NCBI GenBank assembly: GCA_021734905.1
Contig: JAIPIB010000003.1
Location: 1,334 to 65,333, forward strand
DNA: 64,000 nucleotides
Direction of reading: 5' to 3'
From: Minisyncoccota bacterium
GTDB taxonomy: Bacteria > Patescibacteriota > Minisyncoccia > Phycocordibacterales > UBA918
Within the stretch, counting starts at the first letter, position 1. Every line of letters begins with the position of its first letter. This document shows positions 59,890-64,000 of this stretch, piece after piece. Both the position numbers and the translations under genes were made by a program. The notes under the pieces were generated by a model, which was not told the origin of the DNA, made no database searches, and was given only the letters and a program-made list of their open reading frames with translations.

Positions 59890-60744
59890 CTAGCTCCTTA
59901 CCAGAACATCCCAATGATCTCCCTCTTGCGCATAAATAGTTCCATCAGGCGCTGTATACATAGTGGCTCCGTCACTCCTAACTCCAGAATTTTTATAGTT
60001 TGTGATTATATATGTATTAAGCTTTGGGTTCATGCGAGCATCATATTTATACCCATTTCCATGACTTGTTGCTCCTGCGGCATGACCACCTGTGGACTCT
60101 GTTCCTCCGGTAATTGTTACATCACAATTACAATCTCTTTTAAGGTCAATTGCATCTTTAATAGTGGCGTCTCTTATCCCTTGAAGTGACGTACATCCTG
60201 ACGTTCCACTGCAATCAGCTTGTACTTTTCCTCCTGAACTAGTGACCGAAACATTTGCTGCTGTAAGACGATTGACAGCGTCATCTTGTGACAATCCACC
60301 TCCCTTTCCGACTGAAGCAACAGAGGGGGCTTGTGAAGACTGAGATGTTGCACTTGGAATTCCTGGTACACATTGAATTTCATTCCAAGGACCAAGGAGA
60401 GCTCCTTCGTTAAGGAGAAGTTTGAGTGCAGTATCAACGATAAGGTATCCAGAGAGAAGAATAACAAAACCAACCACTGAATTCGTCATCGTCGTACGCG
60501 CCTGAGATATTGCTTCAGTTGAACCACCAGACATAACCATTTTCATCCCTCCGAACGCAAACATGAGTGCGATAATGGTCGCCATAATTCCAATAAACCA
60601 TGAAATGAGTTTTTGTCCGAGCTCAACAAAATCACACGCTTGACAATCTGGACCATCACAAGGAACAATCCCTTCTCCAGCAAACGTCAACGCAGGAACT
60701 GATATAAGTAGTGCAAGAAAGACTACGAGTAAGGTGCGTTTCAT
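59890..60744 (-). CDS. fusion of Patescibacteria-type T4SS pilin-like (TrbC/VirB2-like) domain with C-terminal LAS-type (M15-like) zinc peptidase-like domain
   Basis: signal peptide, IVPCDGPDCQACDFVELGQKLISWFIGIMATIIALMFAFGGMKMVMSGG + second TM (pilin-like pattern); C-terminus TSHGNGYKYD (SxHxxGxAxD-like) and EGDHWD (ExxH-like). Start taken at MKRTLLVV (GGTGAG RBS); ORF-track 5' extension to 60990 rejected. Confidence 0.55.
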   Translation of the reverse strand: MKRTLLVVFLALLISVPALTFAGEGIVPCDGPDCQACDFVELGQKLISWFIGIMATIIALMFAFGGMKMVMSGGSTEAISQARTTMTNSVVGFVILLSGYLIVDTALKLLLNEGALLGPWNEIQCVPGIPSATSQSSQAPSVASVGKGGGLSQDDAVNRLTAANVSVTSSGGKVQADCSGTSGCTSLQGIRDATIKDAIDLKRDCNCDVTITGGTESTGGHAAGATSHGNGYKYDARMNPKLNTYIITNYKNSGVRSDGATMYTAPDGTIYAQEGDHWDVLVRS

Positions 60745-60836
60745 ACTCACCATCTTATCATGTTCCTTTGTAACACTTTTACTAAACAGTGAATTGTGGT
60801 ACTTTATAACCTGTCTCTCGGGACATTCAGATACAT

Positions 60837-60893
60837 GCGTCGGTGGCAGAGTGAGAAAGTCTGGTAGACTTTCGCAAGAGGTTGTCGATATTT
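60837..60893 (+). other. 17-nt exact copy of the tRNA-Tyr 5' end followed by a hairpin and conserved AAGAGGTTGTCGATATTT, ~140 nt upstream of tRNA-Tyr
   Basis: GCGTCGGTGGCAGAGTG identical to tRNA-Tyr positions 1-17; hairpin GAAAGTCT-GGT-AGACTTTC (60855-60873); motif shared with the tRNA-Leu upstream element. Confidence 0.7.
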
Positions 60894-60993
60894 CGTTGAG
60901 AAATATCATACAATCTGAACAGCGCCTGTAAGGCGGTAACGAAGTCAAATGCCTGTTATAATCAAAGCGTCTTTGATGACAGGTCAACATAAT

Positions 60994-61076
60994 GCGTCGG
61001 TGGCAGAGTGGTCAATTGCAGGAGACTGTAAATCTCCCGGATTTATCCTACGCAGGTTCAAATCCTGCCCGGCGCA
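60994..61076 (+). tRNA. tRNA-Tyr (anticodon GTA), type II
   Basis: acceptor GCGTCGG/CCGGCGC, anticodon stem GGAGA/TCTCC with loop CTGTAAA, long variable arm, T-arm GCAGG-TTCAAAT-CCTGC, discriminator A. Confidence 0.85.
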
Positions 61077-61085
61077 CATTTTAAG

Positions 61086-61106
61086 GCACCCCATTTGGGT
61101 GCTTTT
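61086..61106 (+). terminator. stem-loop plus T-run immediately after tRNA-Tyr
   Basis: GCACCC-CATTT-GGGTGC-TTTT. Confidence 0.5.
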
Positions 61107-61226
61107 AAAATGTGTGACAGGAGGAAGACACTCAATGTGTCTTCCGTCAGGATTTGAAAAGGTTGCCAGCGATTTTGAAGAATGAAAAATCGTGGCAACC
61201 TGTACCGGTCATGTAATGACCAAAAT

Positions 61227-61242
61227 TCCTGCCCGGCGCACA
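61227..61242 (+). repeat. 16-nt direct repeat of the tRNA-Tyr 3' end (att-like)
   Basis: TCCTGCCCGGCGCACA occurs at 61063-61078 (tRNA 3' end) and again at 61227-61242; the intervening ~150 nt contains three hairpins. Confidence 0.8.
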
Positions 61243-61246
61243 AAAC

Positions 61247-61276
61247 TTGACAATACGCCATTTTCAGTGCAATATA
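61247..61276 (+). promoter_or_regulatory. sigma70-like promoter for the 77-aa ORF
   Basis: TTGACA-N17-CAATAT(A) immediately after the att-like repeat; strong GAGGAG RBS before the ATG at 61314. Confidence 0.5.
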
Positions 61277-61313
61277 TTTTTAGTTAGCCCTTATCACAAC
61301 CTGAGGAGATATA

Positions 61314-61547
61314 ATGAATACTGCCACTGAGGAACTGTTCCAGATGGACACTTTGCAAGCAAAGCTCATGCAAGAATCCATGCGGGATCTTCAAATCACA
61401 AGTGGTGATGTTGGAAAGGTATTTGTCTTGAGAAACGGAGAGCAGGCCGGTGAGATAATTACTCGCGAATCTTTCGCCACCATCCCCGTCTTCGAAATAC
61501 ATGCGTGGGTTGTAGTCAGCGAATTTGACATTAATACGTTGGACTAA
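61314..61547 (+). CDS. small hypothetical protein (77 aa)
   Basis: good promoter, GAGGAG RBS, and strong downstream terminator. Confidence 0.5.
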   Translation: MNTATEELFQMDTLQAKLMQESMRDLQITSGDVGKVFVLRNGEQAGEIITRESFATIPVFEIHAWVVVSEFDINTLD

Positions 61548-61569
61548 ACCGCTGTAACCAGGTCAACCA

Positions 61570-61629
61570 AGCTCCAGCGGGGAAAACAACCACAGTTGTC
61601 TTCCCCGCTGGAGCTGTTTTCTTTTTCTG
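61570..61629 (+). terminator. long rho-independent terminator
   Basis: AGCTCCAGCGGGGAA...TTCCCCGCTGGAGCT (15-bp stem with inner ACAAC/GTTGT) followed by GTTTTCTTTTTCT. Confidence 0.7.
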
Positions 61630-61859
61630 ATATAAAAAAGGCCAGCGGGATTGCTGGCCATTGGTATGGTTACCAAACTTCGGTAAACCTTTTAATTTTT
61701 TAGGTTTTCTGGGTCCTTCACATGAAACTCGTTCTGATCGCCGCCTTTTTAATCGTCATCCAAAGATGAAGCAGAGCGAACTCCTGGGCGTCGATAATAA
61801 TTTTTGTACTCAACTCTGAATCCTAGTGTAGAAACTAGATACAAAAGTTTGAGATTCTT

Positions 61860-62426
61860 TCACAGATACTTTAGTCGAAGTCCTTCATTTTTTAAGTCAC
61901 ACAATGAATCGTATATGTCATGCATTACAACCCGCAACATCCGAAAATGTGTAAAGTTGTGTGCCACACACCCGTCTGCAATGAAGTTGTGCTCACCCTG
62001 TGTATACAGGTTAAACACTGGTTCAGTTGTTCCGGTTGGCGCAATACTCTTGATACAAGAATGTGCCGCTTTTGACGAACTGATGCGCATGATGCTGTCA
62101 CCTGGACTGAGCTTTTTAATCGACTGATATCCTTTATCAGTCATAAAGCTATGGCCCAAAGTACAGATCATTCCAACATCATCTGATTCAAAAGTTACAT
62201 TGACCAGTGGTGCTGGTTCGTGAACCAACTTGCGAGTGATTCGTCTTGGGACCAAAATGCCCTTTTTGTATGACAGAACCATTTCCCCTTCGGACAAATC
62301 TCCGATAGGAATTTTGCCACTCGGTGTTTCTATAAGTGTAGACTTGGGGAAACAATCCCAAGAATATTCAATACCTCTGGTACCTGCGCCTGGCAAATCA
62401 TTATCTACGTCAGAGTGCTTACCCAT
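61860..62426 (-). CDS. free-standing Hint/mini-intein-like (bacterial intein-like) domain protein
   Basis: block A CFPKSTLIETPSGKIPIGDL after a 24-aa leader; block B TLGHSFMT; blocks F/G EPVFNLYTQGEHNFIADGCVAHN; 31-aa tail after the HN beginning with Phe, not Cys/Ser/Thr. Confidence 0.7.
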   Translation of the reverse strand: MGKHSDVDNDLPGAGTRGIEYSWDCFPKSTLIETPSGKIPIGDLSEGEMVLSYKKGILVPRRITRKLVHEPAPLVNVTFESDDVGMICTLGHSFMTDKGYQSIKKLSPGDSIMRISSSKAAHSCIKSIAPTGTTEPVFNLYTQGEHNFIADGCVAHNFTHFRMLRVVMHDIYDSLCDLKNEGLRLKYL

Positions 62427-62652
62427 GATTGTTTCCTTTCAAAGAACAGTCTAGACCGTTTTATGAAGCCGGTCAAAACGCTTCACGATGAAACAGAAAC
62501 ATTTCTATCTCACCGATAGTTTGACAATACCACTTTTTACTGTTTTGTCAAAATACTATCAGCTCATTTTATTAAAAATATATTGTAGAAATTCAGTGTA
62601 TTTTCTTTCTATATAAATCTAATCTATCGGTCAAGATCGATCTTCAACCAAC

Positions 62653-63825
62653 CTACTCTGCAACGTTACCATCAATTACTTCAGGAACATTTTTAGTCGT
62701 TGTTGGCATATCAAATTTACCATCACTATCCAAAATAATATTGTAGTGACGTTGAAATTTAATATCTGAATGTTGTATTTCATCAGACAAAGATGGGTCA
62801 CTTATTATACCAAGTGCACCAGATAATGTTATTGCGACAATCCATACAACTCCCAGACTAAGTGCTTTTATTGCAGTGAAAAGATTTCTTCCAGCAAGAA
62901 GGCTTCCTCCAGCTACAATGAGAACAATCAACGGGATCAACGCAGAAACAATGACCGCACATAAAAAGACATATCCAAACGGATCCGATAATATGATATG
63001 CGATACTTCTTTGATACTTGGATCAGTCCATCTACTATCAGCCATCCATAACATACTCGAAGTAACTACGAGCCCAGCCAGACTGATGGCCCCAACAAGC
63101 ACCAAGGCAAATCCAACGACATACCTAATGACCACGGCCAATGTACGGACGACAACACCAAGAAGATTGAAAATCTTCGTAAGGACTGGATAAATGCCTC
63201 CCCATGTATTTTTAACTCCAGCTTTCAAATTATTAGTATCAACCTCATCTACCTTTTTTTTTACTCGCTCAGTAATCTCCTTAAGAGTCATTTTTTCACC
63301 ACGCATTGCATATTTCTGTGTTGTTGTTTCTGCAGCAGGAACAACAAGCCAAAGAATAATATATGCAAGAATACCGAACCCACTAATGAATACTGAAAAG
63401 ATAAAGATGAGTCGGACAATGACCGGATCAATTTCAAAATATCGGGCGACTCCAGAAGCGACTCCAGCAACAACAACATCATCAGTATCACGGTAAAGAC
63501 GTTTCTTTGTGTCAGTTGTATTTAACTGTACACTTTCGTTACGTGAACCAGCATTTTCTCCTTCTTCATCAAAATCGTTGGGGCTACCCATTTCTGCAGT
63601 TACTTGCATGACATCACTACTCGTTACAGCACTTTTCTCACTACGCTTTCGTGCAGTAAATTTCTCAGCAATTGCACCCTCCATATCTTCAACAATTTCA
63701 CTAAGATCATTAGTTCTTGCTAGTTTTTGTCTAATAGCTTCAAGATATATCGAGAGAGTGTCAAACGCGTCTTGCTCTATTGCAAAGACAGAATTTCCAA
63801 GTGTTATATTAATTACTTTTTTCAT
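62653..63825 (-). CDS. PspC-domain membrane protein
   Basis: YRDTDDVVVAGVASGVARYFEIDPVIVRLIFIFSVFISGFGILAYIILWLVVP PspC domain, then several TM segments. Confidence 0.75.
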   Translation of the reverse strand: MKKVINITLGNSVFAIEQDAFDTLSIYLEAIRQKLARTNDLSEIVEDMEGAIAEKFTARKRSEKSAVTSSDVMQVTAEMGSPNDFDEEGENAGSRNESVQLNTTDTKKRLYRDTDDVVVAGVASGVARYFEIDPVIVRLIFIFSVFISGFGILAYIILWLVVPAAETTTQKYAMRGEKMTLKEITERVKKKVDEVDTNNLKAGVKNTWGGIYPVLTKIFNLLGVVVRTLAVVIRYVVGFALVLVGAISLAGLVVTSSMLWMADSRWTDPSIKEVSHIILSDPFGYVFLCAVIVSALIPLIVLIVAGGSLLAGRNLFTAIKALSLGVVWIVAITLSGALGIISDPSLSDEIQHSDIKFQRHYNIILDSDGKFDMPTTTKNVPEVIDGNVAE

Positions 63826-64000
63826 AATGTTTTATTAAGGTGTTAACAGATGTGTCGAGTGTTTTCCATGAATCCCCAAGTGTTGATAATACTAAATGTC
63901 CTTCTTTTGTTATGACGTACATTTTTCGTGGAGGTCCACTCTTACTTTCTTCCCACGAATACGAGACCAACCCATATCGTCTTAACCTAGAAAGTAATGG
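63809..64000 (-). CDS. PadR-family transcriptional regulator, C-terminal part only (5' end beyond window edge)
   Basis: manual minus-strand translation gives ...LSRLRRYGLVSYSWEESKSGPPRKMYVITKEGHLVLSTLGDSWKTLDTSVNTLIKHYEKSN*, matching the PadR wing/helix consensus; stop overlaps the PspC-gene start by ~17 nt. Confidence 0.65.
   Translation of the reverse strand, partial: PLLSRLRRYGLVSYSWEESKSGPPRKMYVITKEGHLVLSTLGDSWKTLDTSVNTLIKHYEKSN

Noticed and set aside
60851-60870. GAGAAAGTCTGG resembling the RNase P RNA GGAAAGTCCGGGC box
   Set aside because: No surrounding GC-rich helices or other conserved RNase P blocks within several hundred nt; better explained as the stem of the tRNA-Tyr upstream hairpin.
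60745-60990. 82-aa N-terminal extension of the pilin-peptidase ORF
   Set aside because: The true protein clearly begins with a signal peptide at MKRTLLVV preceded by GGTGAG; the upstream part covers the tRNA-Tyr 5' copy element.
60949-61261. ORFs 60949..61185 (+) and 61058..61261 (-)
   Set aside because: Overlap tRNA-Tyr and the hairpin-only segment up to the att-like repeat; no coding signal.
1-64000. CRISPR arrays, rRNA genes, IS transposases, integrases
   Set aside because: Looked for regularly spaced direct repeats, rRNA-like conserved blocks and DDE/tyrosine-recombinase motifs in all ORFs; none found in this window.

Overview
AT-rich, densely coding bacterial window with about 60 protein genes and 4 tRNA genes: Gln-TTG, Leu-CAA and Tyr-GTA on the + strand, Trp-CCA on the - strand. 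Recognisable housekeeping genes are uvrA, uvrB, a compact uvrC, tgt, an FKBP isomerase, serS, dnaX, dus, an ftsQ-like gene, mltG, an S11 DD-carboxypeptidase, dprA, topA, a short rel, miaA, cspA, a Prx5-type peroxiredoxin and a DM13-MsrA-MsrB fusion. The rest is mostly signal-peptide or membrane-anchored hypothetical proteins. The gene content (a Patescibacteria-type TrbC/VirB2-like pilin domain, small proteins, reduced UvrC/DnaX/Rel, many surface-anchored unknowns) is consistent with a CPR/Patescibacteria-like genome; this is inference, not demonstrated. Observations worth a second look are: (1) a five-gene minus-strand surface cluster ending in an N-terminal LexA/UmuD-type S24 peptidase domain fused to a ~360-aa Thr/Ser-rich domain; (2) a cell-surface fibre operon whose 694-aa protein carries a canonical peptidase-S74 intramolecular-chaperone motif (SDENLKKNI), next to a Cys-rich secreted protein; (3) a free-standing mini-intein/Hint-domain ORF; (4) a T4SS-pilin-like domain fused to a LAS-type zinc peptidase; (5) partial self-copies of tRNA-Leu and tRNA-Tyr, each with hairpins and a shared AGGTTGTCGAkATTT motif, plus a 3' att-like repeat after tRNA-Tyr; (6) a PEP-utilising enzyme with an internally duplicated swivel-His module and a frameshift; (7) a perfect 23-bp-arm palindrome inside dprA. 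No CRISPR array, rRNA or obvious transposase was seen.
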